From: an uncultured delta proteobacterium
GTDB lineage: Bacteria; Myxococcota_A; Polyangia; Fen-1088
DNA length: 64,000 bases
Reading direction: 5' to 3'
Assembly: GCA_963737265.1 (NCBI GenBank)
Contig: CAVTRY010000022.1
Location: forward strand, 352,001-416,000
How positions within the stretch are numbered: the stretch's first letter is position 1; the number at the start of each line of letters is the position of its first letter. Under the pieces are notes generated by a model. It had not been told where the DNA came from. It saw only the letters and a list, made by a program, of their open reading frames with translations, and did not search any database. Below, in pieces: positions 1 through 9,891 of this stretch. A program made the position numbers and the translations under genes.

Positions 1-18
1 AGGGTTCGCGTTCGAAAA

Positions 19-543
19 CTATTCACGAACTCGACCGCCTGCGTGCTTCAGCTCGAGACGATCTACGAGCCGGTGCCACCACCTTTGGGCGAGGTCCGGC
101 GCCTCGGATGTCGGGCGGGCATGGCGTACGCCGACCAGGGAGCGACCGAGTCGTCGTCCCCGAGGTGTCCTTGAACCTCGGTCGATGTCGTGTTCGTGAA
201 ACGTCTCGATAATCGTTTCTTCACCAGCGCACATGGGCGCGAGCACCTCGATACAGATGCGCGCTTGCTGTGCCCCGAGCCGGTTCGAACTCGGATAGAA
301 GATCGCGAAGCGCACCTCGGCGAAAGCGAATCCATCGCGGAATGCTGGGTTACCTCGGCTAGCATCGCTGTCACCGTGGCCGGCGCACGTCGACACAATC
401 TCAACGCCATGGACGAAGGCGAGATCGTTGAGGCGCTGCATGAGCACTGGGTCAAGCTCGGCGTCCAGCTCGTAAGTCCGCCATCCCTTCGTCTCGGCGG
501 AGCGCAGGCGAACGTGGCGCACACCGTTTTCGGTCGAGAGCAT
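19..543 (-). CDS. hypothetical protein, possible Tyw3-like fold
   Basis: 174-aa ORF; 'DAELDPVLMQRLN...IVSTCAGH' resembles the D..I..L...LN...TxSCxG(H/R) signature of Tyw3-like proteins. Confidence 0.5.
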   Translation of the reverse strand: MLSTENGVRHVRLRSAETKGWRTYELDAELDPVLMQRLNDLAFVHGVEIVSTCAGHGDSDASRGNPAFRDGFAFAEVRFAIFYPSSNRLGAQQARICIEVLAPMCAGEETIIETFHEHDIDRGSRTPRGRRLGRSLVGVRHARPTSEAPDLAQRWWHRLVDRLELKHAGGRVRE

Positions 544-917
544 CGGTCCAAGTCCATGCGGGCTTCAGGGTACCACGACGTCGCCGCAGTGACCTGAAGG
601 GCCGCTACCCAGATCGGCCACGACGCGATTCGAGCCGTTGAGAACGCGTCTGAACTGGGAGAGGTATTTGGAACTACTCAAGCGTTTCCCTCTTCCGCGT
701 CCCAGTATCCGTGTCCGAATCTGGGGCGCCTAGCCACGAGCCACACCGACGGAGGAGCCGTATGGTTGAAATCTCCTAGTACGGATCTGGTGAGGGCCAG
801 GGACGGGCAACTGCCCCTGGCTACTCTACAGTGCCATTTTCCCTCGCTCGAGAGAAAGCCGATAGCAGAGATTACGTCAACTACATATGCCTATATGGCG
901 AGATTATCCCCTATACC

Positions 918-953
918 CAGACGCGCCAGAGGTTCGAGTCCTCTTTCCCGCAC
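918..953 (+). other. internally deleted 3' tRNA-Leu-like fragment, probable attachment site of an integrated element; not a functional tRNA
   Basis: CAGACGCGCCAGA (D-arm 3' side/anticodon stem 5' side) runs directly into the T-arm AGAGG-TTCGAGT-CCTCT and the acceptor strand TTCCCGC-A-C; no 5' acceptor strand or anticodon loop. Confidence 0.7.
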
Positions 954-982
954 GCTACTGTCTTAGGCGTTCTTGGGCTGGC

Positions 983-2566
983 TCAGTCGACCTTCAACTG
1001 GCGGCGAAGGATCTTCCCTGCGGGACCTCGCGGTAGGGCCGCGAGGATGGTGATGCCTGCCGGTCGAAAGACAGGCGGAAGGCACGTCTTCAGATCGTCC
1101 GCAATGAAGCCTTCCGAAACCTCCCCAAAGCCCGTTCGCAGCTCGACAAACAGATGAACGGATTGACCGTACTCGACGCTAGCCACCCCCACCGCGGCGG
1201 AGGCAAGCACGTACGGTCGCCGGTTGATCGCGTCCTCGATGGTCTTGGGTAGCACGTTTTCGCCACCACAAATGAGCATGTCGTCCGCGCGGCCGTCCAG
1301 ATACAGCCGCCCGTCCTGGCCGAAGTGGGCGAGGTCCCCGGTATCGATCCCCAGGCTTGCATCCGCCTTGCCTTGCACCAGTTCACCACGCACGCGGAGT
1401 CGGCCGATTTTTCCCGGACTGACCGAAGCACCGTCGGTGGTCTGCAAATCGACTGAGACGCCGGGTAAGGTCCGGCCCACGGAGGTGGGAGCGACGCGAA
1501 GATCTTCGGGGGTCGCGAGAGAAATCAGGCCCGCCTCGGTGGATCCGTAGAGATTGAACAGGATTGGGCCCAATCGTTCCGTTCCCTGCGTGGCCAGGCT
1601 GGCCGTCAAGGGCGCCGAGCCACAGATCACCTGGCGCACGGTTGTCGTGGCGCCTGCCATTCCGCCTTCCATGCCGCCTTCGAGAAGCCTGCGCAAAACC
1701 GTGGGGACCAGGACCACGACCCGGATTTCGTTCTCCGCGATGCAGCTCAGCAGGTCCTCTGCACGCGCCCGCGGCAAGATGAACAGGGGAGCGGCCAAGG
1801 CGAGACTCATTCCCAGGGTTGCGAGACCATGTCCATGCAGCAAAGGAATCGTCAGCAAGGTGGGCTCGCCTCGCTTGGGTTGAAGCTGGTCCAAGAGCGC
1901 GGTCACGGTGCGAAGGAGCTGGCGCAAGGTGGGGCGGTGTCGAACAGCCCGGGCCGGGCCGGTGGTGCCAGAAGTCATGATGACGACAGCACCGGTTTTC
2001 CTGACCAGGCCACGTATAGGCCGTTGTCGCCCAAGCCGTGGCAATTGGCCCAGCTTCTCATCGACCAGCGCGGCCGTGGATACCACACGCCCCTGAAGTC
2101 CGGGGAACCGCGCCTCCAAGGTCGCAACCTGCGGCCGAAACTCGTCGTCGCAGATCAGAAGATCGAGGCGTTCGGTCTCACACAGATGCGTGACTTGTTC
2201 CACCGCGAACGTCGTGCTCAGCAGTACGACGTCTGCGCCCTCGCGCCCGCAGGCCAGCAGTGCTTCAACAAAGACCAGACTGTTTCGGCATAAGATGCCC
2301 ACGCGGTGATGGTCCCCAAGGCCTAGCGCCTGGGCCAGCTGCACCGCGCGCTTTTCCAGCTGGCGGAAGGTGGCTCGTCGATGCGGCTCGACCACCGCGA
2401 CCGAGTCGGGGAACCGTCGCGCGTTCCACGCGACCAAGGTGAACAAGGAATAGCCGCGGCGAAGCAGCGTCCACACCAGACTCAGAATGGCCAGCAACGG
2501 ATGCGTACCCAGGATACCTGTGCGGCTCAAGGCGCGAAAGGCAGTTCGCATGACAGCAATGGACAC
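983..2566 (-). CDS. AMP-binding acyl-CoA synthetase family protein
   Basis: MTSGTTG P-loop, YGSTEAG, TGDLA, GRADDMLICGGENV and PRGPAGKI motifs. Confidence 0.9.
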   Translation of the reverse strand: MSIAVMRTAFRALSRTGILGTHPLLAILSLVWTLLRRGYSLFTLVAWNARRFPDSVAVVEPHRRATFRQLEKRAVQLAQALGLGDHHRVGILCRNSLVFVEALLACGREGADVVLLSTTFAVEQVTHLCETERLDLLICDDEFRPQVATLEARFPGLQGRVVSTAALVDEKLGQLPRLGRQRPIRGLVRKTGAVVIMTSGTTGPARAVRHRPTLRQLLRTVTALLDQLQPKRGEPTLLTIPLLHGHGLATLGMSLALAAPLFILPRARAEDLLSCIAENEIRVVVLVPTVLRRLLEGGMEGGMAGATTTVRQVICGSAPLTASLATQGTERLGPILFNLYGSTEAGLISLATPEDLRVAPTSVGRTLPGVSVDLQTTDGASVSPGKIGRLRVRGELVQGKADASLGIDTGDLAHFGQDGRLYLDGRADDMLICGGENVLPKTIEDAINRRPYVLASAAVGVASVEYGQSVHLFVELRTGFGEVSEGFIADDLKTCLPPVFRPAGITILAALPRGPAGKILRRQLKVD

Positions 2567-2582
2567 GGCTTGCTACGGCGCC

Positions 2583-3422
2583 TCAAGGGTTACGTTGGTG
2601 GTCCAGGGCCGTCAGCAGACGGTTGACGAGGGTTCCGCAGCAAAGCACGCCAAGCTCGCACCACCACAACCACCAAGGCGCGATGCGGTCGACGGGTTTG
2701 ACCGCGGCGCGGGCAATAACCTGGGCGGCCTGCAAGGGCGTGAGGGCGGGAATCCGATCGTAGATTCCACTGGGGACGATCATGCGGGAGCGGACCAATG
2801 GCATGTAAATCGACGAAATGAAAATCTTTCGCGGACGCAGTTCGCAGGCGATACTGCGCAACCAGACATCGAATCCAGCCTTGCTGCCCTGGTAGGCTGA
2901 CCACCTGGGCGCACCTGGCTGTCGGGCCGAGACCGTTGATACGTTGATGATCTGACCGCCCCCTTGCTCGATCATGCGCGGCAAGAGCGCCGTGATGAGC
3001 GCGGCTGGACTGGAGAAATTCACGGCTAAAGAGCGCTCGAGATCGGTCCGCCCCCACGCATCGGCGATACGCCGGCGGATGGACTTGCCTGCGTTGGAAA
3101 TCACCACGTCGATGCGGGGATGCGCAGTCTGGATCCGGGCGGCCAGGTCCGACATCTGGTCCGCATGATAGAGGTCGCCAGGATAGGCAAAGGCTTGCCC
3201 ACCCCGCCCACGGATCTGTTCGACCACTTCCCCAAGCTTGTCTTTGGTTCGTGCCACCAGAATCAGCGTGGCCCCGGCATCGGCAAACAGACGAGACGTA
3301 GCCTCTCCAATCCCGTAAGAGGCGCCAGTGACAAGAACGGTCTTGCCCACAACGGCCGAACGGAGACGTCCGGCGCTGGCACATCGAGGCGGCGAGAGCA
3401 GGATGCGGGACAAGAGCGACAC
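2583..3422 (-). CDS. SDR family oxidoreductase (fatty acyl-CoA reductase-like)
   Basis: TGASYGIG, NAGKSIRR and YQGSK (YxxxK) motifs; co-oriented with the acyl-CoA ligase. Confidence 0.9.
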   Translation of the reverse strand: MSLLSRILLSPPRCASAGRLRSAVVGKTVLVTGASYGIGEATSRLFADAGATLILVARTKDKLGEVVEQIRGRGGQAFAYPGDLYHADQMSDLAARIQTAHPRIDVVISNAGKSIRRRIADAWGRTDLERSLAVNFSSPAALITALLPRMIEQGGGQIINVSTVSARQPGAPRWSAYQGSKAGFDVWLRSIACELRPRKIFISSIYMPLVRSRMIVPSGIYDRIPALTPLQAAQVIARAAVKPVDRIAPWWLWWCELGVLCCGTLVNRLLTALDHQRNP

Positions 3423-3486
3423 GGGTTGCTTGGAGGGTACTCTCAGAGTTCTAGAAAGTCACCGCGTCGGCCGGTGGGCTGAACCT

Positions 3487-3803
3487 CTAACCGAACAGAC
3501 GTGAAATATCGGACGCGAGCAGCTGGTTGTACTTTTGGAAGAAGCTACGAACTTGCCGAAGAGTGGATCGAGCTTGGTCGGGTCACGCTGCCACTGCAAA
3601 TTGCAGTTGAATACCAGCATGCCGGCGGCGGGGAAGCCGAAAGAATGGCGACTCTCTCCCTTGACTAGCCTCGCCCACGCCGGACGGGTGTCCGGGGGCA
3701 GCTCAAGGGGAAGGGTGTCGGAAACCGGGGTCGGGCGGCGAACGTAGCGCTTGGGAGGTTGGTCCACGGCCGAATAGCCCGTTAAAGGGTCATCCTGGTA
3801 CAA
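3487..3803 (-). CDS. hypothetical protein, probable frameshift near 3560
   Basis: ORF 3459-3803; the alternative frame gives the amphipathic tail RQVRSFFQKYNQLLASDISRLFG* ending at 3487. Confidence 0.4.
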
Positions 3804-3977
3804 CGACTGCCACGGCGAGAACTTGAGTTAAGCTATCGAAAATGGCCATGAAGCGCTACTTGGCGACTTGATCTGACGCGGCGAGCAGCCTCGGATCGGC
3901 CGCTGCTTCGATCGCGGCGATGGGCGACGTCCCCCCGTTCTTCGTCCAACCGCCACTACGGTAGATAGTCATTTCAA

Positions 3978-4647
3978 GTGCCATTTTTCCTCGCTCAAAA
4001 AACCATGGCAGCGCGATTGAACGGTCCCCTTGGAAAATGGTTGGTTTTTGGACTGGCCATTGCACTTCAGGTCGGCACCGCTCGCGCGGATGTGGTCGTG
4101 CGAAACCCGTCAGAAATGGACGACGACTTCATGGCCCGTGTTCGGGGACATTCATCTGAGCTGGCGCGGAAGGTCGTTCGTTCTACCGAGCTCGCTAGTG
4201 GTAGGGCCACGCTGATCGGGTTCGTAAACGCCGAGGACAACTCCCTGGTCGGGCACCTCCTGATCGAGACGTCGCCCGGCCGATACGAGCACTTGAGGTT
4301 TCCAAGCTGTGAAGAGGAGTGAAGAGGAGGGAGGGGCACCGGAGCTTCTGGCCGTGTTCTTCGCCCGCACCGTCAATGGCGGTGGTCGCGATCTGGCGGT
4401 GCTGTGTAGCTGGGAGGCCCGGGGCGCGATCGTCAATGGGATGTCTTACAGTGCCCAATTCTACCGACTCAAAGAGAGAGGAGCACAAATGGTCGTGGAG
4501 CCGGTGGCGGACATGAATGCAAAGTTCCAAACGGACGATCTGATCCGTCGCACTGAGCATGGCAAGTGGGTTCAGGGGCCCAAAGCGAAGTTCAAGACGG
4601 TGGCCGATGTCAAGAAGCTACTGACGAAGATGGGAATCAAACAGTAG
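3978..4647 (+). pseudogene. secreted hypothetical protein split by a 10-bp tandem duplication
   Basis: Signal-peptide-like N-terminus; TGAAGAGGAG at 4310-4319 repeated at 4320-4329; removing one copy joins FPSCEEE to GGAPELLAVFF. Confidence 0.65.
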
Positions 4648-5268
4648 GCGTCAATAAAAGCGCCTGAACCAACGCATCCGCAGCACCAAGACCGCCGATG
4701 TGGTTAAAGAGGCCGCATCCGAGGCAGCTCGAAAATGGCACATCATCACAAGCCTCAAGCCAGAAGATTTTGCTCACGCATTGCGAGTTGCCCGTGTCGC
4801 GCCTCCAATTGCGACGTCATGGATGAGGCAATCGCGGCGGCGTGTCCGGCTTCGGAACTGTGACTCTTATTAGTGTGACGCAGGCCCTCGGGAAAGAGCA
4901 AATCGCGCAGCTGCAACAGTTCGACCCCTGCCTTCGATACTTTGGCCAGCGTCAAGACGAAAAGCCACGAAAGTCCTCCGGCGCGCAAGCGGCAGGGTTC
5001 ACTTCCGCCTTCCGGCGCCGATCCCTGTATAAGACGCGCGCCCATGTCCTGGATTCTGCTCGCTCTGCTATCGGCGATTTTCCTAGGGGCTATGGCGCTC
5101 GTACGCGCCTCCTCCGACGGGCGCGTGAGTGTGACAGCTTGCTGCTGGTTGCGCGGAAAGCACCAGCAGGTGGTCTCGGCAACGAGGCGATATTTGTTGC
5201 TAGCGAAACGCAGCATTCGGGCTCGCGTTGGGCTCGCGTGTCTCTCGTAGGTCGACGGAGGTAGTAGA

Positions 5269-6177
5269 TCAGGGATGGCGGAATGCCAACACCCAGGCAC
5301 CGGCCAGGGTGGCGACCGTGGCGAGCAGGGTAAGGGCTTGCGCCGGCAGCCGCACCGGTCGTCTGACGAACTGGCCAAGCAGCACCCCGAACAGGATGCC
5401 GAAAGCAAGACCACCGGCGTGCGCAACCACGTCCGAACGTTCGCCCATTCCCAGCATGGCAAACAGACCGAGTGCCGCCGCCACGCCGAGCATCGCCCGG
5501 CGCACGCGGCCCACCCCGCGCACGCGAAAGCGCCGCACGAATTGCAGCCCGCCCAGCACGCCGAGCGCACCGAAGGTCGCGGTGGATGCGCCGACCACGT
5601 TGTGCGAGGTCGAATAGATGAAGGCGGTGAGAAGATTGCCGGCGATCCCGGCCAAAAGCGTCGCGAGCAGCGCCAGTCCGCCGCCCAGCCAGCGGCCGAG
5701 CGCGCTGACGAACACCAGGCTGGCCACCGCATTACCCGCCACGTGCATGGCATCGGCATGCAGGGTCAGGGCGGTGACGGCTCGCCACAGCTCGTGCTGA
5801 TGGACGATGGCGTCCGCAATGGCGCTTCCTTGGCGAAACCATCCCAGCGCGTCCGGACCGGTGCGTGAACCGGTGACGACGAAAAATGCGACGAGGGTAA
5901 TAGCCATCGCCACGCCAACGAAGGATGGTCCGTGATCGGGGGCCGCAACTTCTCGCGGCGGGCCGTCGGCGGCTTCCCTGTCGTGGGCGTCGAGCGCCGC
6001 GATGGCGGTGGCGACCATTTGCGGGGGAACCAGCACGGCGAAACCAGCGTCGGTGGCCAGCACGCGATGGGGAATGGCCATGGCCTCCAAGACGAAATCC
6101 CAGCCCTCCGCCTGTCCGCGATCGGGGGAGGCGCGCACCACGGCTTCGCTCGGGACTTCGGCTGCCACTTCCGACAA
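5269..6177 (-). CDS. rhomboid family intramembrane serine protease
   Basis: WR motif, HxxxxHxxxN, catalytic GAS(T)ATFG, AHAGG His motif and several TM segments. Confidence 0.9.
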   Translation of the reverse strand: MSEVAAEVPSEAVVRASPDRGQAEGWDFVLEAMAIPHRVLATDAGFAVLVPPQMVATAIAALDAHDREAADGPPREVAAPDHGPSFVGVAMAITLVAFFVVTGSRTGPDALGWFRQGSAIADAIVHQHELWRAVTALTLHADAMHVAGNAVASLVFVSALGRWLGGGLALLATLLAGIAGNLLTAFIYSTSHNVVGASTATFGALGVLGGLQFVRRFRVRGVGRVRRAMLGVAAALGLFAMLGMGERSDVVAHAGGLAFGILFGVLLGQFVRRPVRLPAQALTLLATVATLAGAWVLAFRHP

Positions 6178-6978
6178 TCATAGCAGCCCTTGGCCTGTCC
6201 ACAGGGATTCGGCCAGCTCGGCCGCGGCCAAATCCTGCTGGGTGTCGATCTCGCGCCATTCACCGTCGATGAACACAGGTTTGAGCTGCTTTCCAGCGTC
6301 GGCCATGCTGTTGAGTGCGTCGGTCAGGTAGGCCTGCCGCAAAGTCTTCGCTCGGCCGAACGGAGCGTCGAGGCCACCGCCGCGAAGCGCACGCTGCCAA
6401 TGATCCGCGAGCACCCCGGCACCTTCCGCCGAGAAATGCGCGAGACCGATGAATTCACCGACGGCCTTCGCGGCCGGAACAGCTCCCTTGCCGACTTGAA
6501 CCACGCGCATGGGCGGGGAGTCGACGGCGGCTAACTCGGCCTCCGAGACGGGATGCAAGTCCCGGCCTTGGTAGGCGTCGGCCCAGCGCCGGTCGACAAC
6601 CAGCGAAGCAGCCGCCGGGTTCTTGGTCCCGATCGCGAGCCGTGCGACCACGCTCGGCGCGTACATGATGTCGCAATAGGAAAAATAGAAACCGCCTGCG
6701 AATTCGGTGCTGGCGCACATGAGCGAGGCCAGGATGTTGTTGTGTTCCCATTCGCGGTTGTCGATGAAGCGCACTGGGGTCGTGCCCGGATCGATTCGCT
6801 CTCCCAGGTAGCCGCGCACGATGACGATGTCGCGGATGCCTGCCGCGGCCATCGCCCGCAATTGCCAATGCAGAATGGGTCGGCCGCCCACCTTCACCAT
6901 GCACTTGGGAATGTCGTCGGTGTTCTGACCCAGGCGCCGGCCGCGCCCGGCGGCGACGATGATTGCTTTGTCAGTCAT
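6178..6978 (-). CDS. phosphocholine/phosphonate cytidylyltransferase family NTP transferase (LicC/PntC-like)
   Basis: AAGRGRRL...PKCM, NNILASL, SYCDI, EFIGL and WREIDT motifs. Confidence 0.85.
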   Translation of the reverse strand: MTDKAIIVAAGRGRRLGQNTDDIPKCMVKVGGRPILHWQLRAMAAAGIRDIVIVRGYLGERIDPGTTPVRFIDNREWEHNNILASLMCASTEFAGGFYFSYCDIMYAPSVVARLAIGTKNPAAASLVVDRRWADAYQGRDLHPVSEAELAAVDSPPMRVVQVGKGAVPAAKAVGEFIGLAHFSAEGAGVLADHWQRALRGGGLDAPFGRAKTLRQAYLTDALNSMADAGKQLKPVFIDGEWREIDTQQDLAAAELAESLWTGQGLL

Positions 6979-7769
6979 TGAATTCGGGATCGGCCGAGCT
7001 TGAGCGCCACGCCGAGCAGCGAGCGCGCGGCGTAGGCGGCGTTGATGGCGATGTACACATGCAGAAAGACGTCGAGCTGGTCCGCGATGGCAACGAACAC
7101 GAGGTAGCTTGGATAGTGGATGAGGAAGCGGCCGAGATCTTCAACCAGACCGACGACGAAGGTTCGCTGCGGTCGTGGGGCCGGTGCTACGAATCCGTCA
7201 CCGTAGTCGCCAGCCGACCGCGGTCGCGCGGCGCCGGTGGCCGCGAGGTATTCGGGCCGGCGGATGAAGGTGGTCAGGCTGATGGCCATCGCCACCGCCG
7301 CCAGTCCCAGCAACGATTCGACCAGCCAGAGCTCGTGTCCGTCGGCCTGCCAAAGACGAATTCCCGTGGCGGCGACCAGCAGGAAAGCCTTGAGCTCATC
7401 CATCAGGAAATCGAGGTGCGCGCCAACGGCTGACGATTGATTCTTGAGGCGCGCCAGCTGGCCGTCGGTGCAGTCGAGCACGTAGGAAAATTCGAGCACG
7501 GCCACGGCGACGAGCAGCCCCGCGTGGCCGCGCTGGAGCGCGAGCACGACCATCGCGGCGACGAAAGCGGCCAGCGACGCGAAGGTGATTTGGTTGGGCG
7601 TGATCCGACTCTTCGCCAGTGGAACGAGCAGAACGGCCGCCAGGGGGCGCGCGACGAAGCGGTTCCACAGGATGTCCCGCGGCTTCTTGGACCTGCGATA
7701 GGCGTCGGCGAAGGGTGACAGGAGACTCACGGCGAGTGGCAGGTTAAGCGCCAGTCGCGCCTCCGCCAA
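6975..7769 (-). CDS. CDP-alcohol phosphatidyltransferase family protein
   Basis: TPNQIT and DCTDGQLAR...GAHLDFLMD (DxxDGxxAR...GxxxDxxxD) signature. Confidence 0.9.
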   Translation of the reverse strand: MAEARLALNLPLAVSLLSPFADAYRRSKKPRDILWNRFVARPLAAVLLVPLAKSRITPNQITFASLAAFVAAMVVLALQRGHAGLLVAVAVLEFSYVLDCTDGQLARLKNQSSAVGAHLDFLMDELKAFLLVAATGIRLWQADGHELWLVESLLGLAAVAMAISLTTFIRRPEYLAATGAARPRSAGDYGDGFVAPAPRPQRTFVVGLVEDLGRFLIHYPSYLVFVAIADQLDVFLHVYIAINAAYAARSLLGVALKLGRSRIQ

Positions 7770-7836
7770 GTTCCTTTGACTTACCTAAGGAGAACCTGGG
7801 AGGCTTTCCAGGCCTTCCACTGGCTCCGGCGGGCCA

Positions 7837-9489
7837 CTAGTGGTGCCCGAGCGGCAAGTACCAGTATGCGCAGTAGGCCAGTACGATTCCCACGCCAATG
7901 GCCAGGCCCACGAAAACGTAGGTTCGCACCGTGTGTTCGCCAAGGCCCTTGCGCGCCACGCGCCGCCGTCGCCCGGGCGTAGGCGATCGAGTCGGGACAA
8001 CAGTGGCCGCCGCGATCCGTTCTGCAGCGTCGACCGCGGGTTGATCCGCGACTTCGATGGGAGCCACCGCCGGTGGATGTTGGGCCGCGTGCTTGGGCTT
8101 GGCATCAATCGTCCCCGAGGTGGGCTTGAGGTCGTTGGATGCCGGCGGCACCGTCGGCAGTACTGCCGGTGCTGCCGCCGCCGTCTTGGAAGGCGGCGCG
8201 TTAGGTGGGGAGGGGCTTTGTGCTCGGGCCGCGGGTTGCGGGGGCGCGGTGGGTGGCACCGACGGTGACGCCACCGCTGGCGCGGTCGGTGTCGCGGGTT
8301 TGCCAGGAACCGGGGCCGTGGTTTTGCCCTGGGACGGAGCTGCCGTGGAGCCTTGTCCAGCAGGCCCGACGAGCCCAGTTGGACGCGGACCTGGTTGAGG
8401 TGTGGATCGCGGCGGCACCTGGGGTACCGGCGGGACCGGGGGCGTTCCCCGTGTGGTTAGATCCGTCTGGAGCGGCTCCTTGGGGACGACGGGAGTGGGA
8501 GCTTGCACACCGGCCGCGGATGCCGCGGGCCGAATTGGCACCCTCGGCGGGGCCGCACCAGGCTGCGCAGGTGTCGCGCGCGAGGCGCTTGCCGGCCTGG
8601 CAGGTTGAACGGATGGTTGAACGAGTGGCTGAGCTGGTGCTGGCGCCGTTGGTCGAACCGGCGGCGGCGCCACAGGCGCGGGACGCGCAGGAACCATGGG
8701 CGCGAGCCGGGCAGCTGGCGCCGAAGGCACGGGCTGGCCCGGCGGGCGCGCCACGATCGCCGGAGCGGCCGCGGGGGCGGTCGACCTTGCGGTCGGTTTC
8801 GTCGTCGGTATCATGGTCGGCTTCGTCGCCGGCATCACGGTCGGCGCCATGGGAAGCGTGGTGTGCCGCTTGCGTTCTGGCCTCAGCTCGGCGGCTGTGG
8901 GCGTGCGCTCACCAGCCGGTCCTTGCGCTTCGCGCCTGCGCGACGACGGCAACTGCGGCAGCACCGGCGCGGGCAGAATGATCTCGTAGGAACCGTCTAC
9001 CCAAGCCAGCACCTCGGGCAAGCGATCGGGGGCGTCGCTGCCGCCGACGATGATGCCGATGATCTCGCCACGCCGGTAGCTGATCACCGCGCGGTCTTGG
9101 CCGCGCCACACTTCCAGCCGGCAGGTTAGGACGTAGTCCTCGCAGTAGCGCATCAGCGACGCGAGCGGACGGTCGTTCAAGCCGCCTTGATGGGGGCCGG
9201 GTTCGCTGAGCGACCCGGTCTCGGGATTGGGCAGCCGGCTTTCCACGACGAAGCGCGCGCCTTCCAGGCGCTGCAGCGCCGCCATGGCGTCTTCTCGGCG
9301 CAGGCTTCCGGCAAAGGCGTCGGCCATTCCACCAGCAAGAAGATGCACCTCACCGACGCTGCTGTTGGCCGCGCCGGGGGCAATCACGTCGATGCGTACC
9401 GGCAGCGCCGCAGCCTGGAGCATGGCCACGAGCTCGGCCAGGGAGCCACCCTCCCACTCGGTGATTTGATCAGGGGATCGTCCGGCCAT
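7837..9489 (-). CDS. tandem DUF4388 (PatA-N-like) domain protein with Pro/Ala-rich linker and C-terminal TM helix
   Basis: Two 'G.L...L..L...L.V...G.I...G.I...AL..L..W..G.F' units, a long P/A-rich tract and a hydrophobic C-terminus after a basic patch. Confidence 0.7.
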   Translation of the reverse strand: MAGRSPDQITEWEGGSLAELVAMLQAAALPVRIDVIAPGAANSSVGEVHLLAGGMADAFAGSLRREDAMAALQRLEGARFVVESRLPNPETGSLSEPGPHQGGLNDRPLASLMRYCEDYVLTCRLEVWRGQDRAVISYRRGEIIGIIVGGSDAPDRLPEVLAWVDGSYEIILPAPVLPQLPSSRRREAQGPAGERTPTAAELRPERKRHTTLPMAPTVMPATKPTMIPTTKPTARSTAPAAAPAIVARPPGQPVPSAPAARLAPMVPARPAPVAPPPVRPTAPAPAQPLVQPSVQPARPASASRATPAQPGAAPPRVPIRPAASAAGVQAPTPVVPKEPLQTDLTTRGTPPVPPVPQVPPRSTPQPGPRPTGLVGPAGQGSTAAPSQGKTTAPVPGKPATPTAPAVASPSVPPTAPPQPAARAQSPSPPNAPPSKTAAAAPAVLPTVPPASNDLKPTSGTIDAKPKHAAQHPPAVAPIEVADQPAVDAAERIAAATVVPTRSPTPGRRRRVARKGLGEHTVRTYVFVGLAIGVGIVLAYCAYWYLPLGHH

Positions 9490-9509
9490 GCCAGCGACTC
9501 GTCGTCCAG

Positions 9510-9842
9510 CTAGTCGCCTGCATCCGCGGATGCATCGACCAAAGACCCACCCTCTGAAACCCCGGCATCGTCGATGCCGGAAATCGATGTATCGCCGGCC
9601 GCGACATCGCCGGTGTCGAAGCTCGCGCTATCGGCGGCGGCGGAATCGAGCGTCCCAGCGTCGGCCGCGAGCACGGTGTTACCCGGAACGTAGCCCACGC
9701 CGACGTCTGTCCCGATGTTGATGTCCTCCGGCTGGCTCGACGAACAAGCCGACAGGGACATCGTTGCCAGGACAGCCAGGGTGGCAATCGCGATGACGAA
9801 CCTCGGACGAGCCCACATAGACCGACGGTACCAAGGCGTCAC
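9510..9842 (-). CDS. small acidic lipoprotein-like protein
   Basis: Signal peptide with LSAC lipobox and DAG/DAS-rich low-complexity tail typical of myxobacterial proteins. Confidence 0.6.
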   Translation of the reverse strand: MTPWYRRSMWARPRFVIAIATLAVLATMSLSACSSSQPEDINIGTDVGVGYVPGNTVLAADAGTLDSAAADSASFDTGDVAAGDTSISGIDDAGVSEGGSLVDASADAGD

Positions 9843-9891
9843 CCGACCCGCAAGTGGCCTGCCAGGAAAACCAGGACAAGAACACGGGGAA

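Noticed and set aside
890-960. Intact tRNA gene
   Set aside because: No 5' acceptor strand or anticodon loop, so a cloverleaf cannot form.
5044-5120. EamA/DMT transporter N-terminus (MSWILLALLSAIFLG)
   Set aside because: Only one short hydrophobic helix with no continuing similarity; too little to call.
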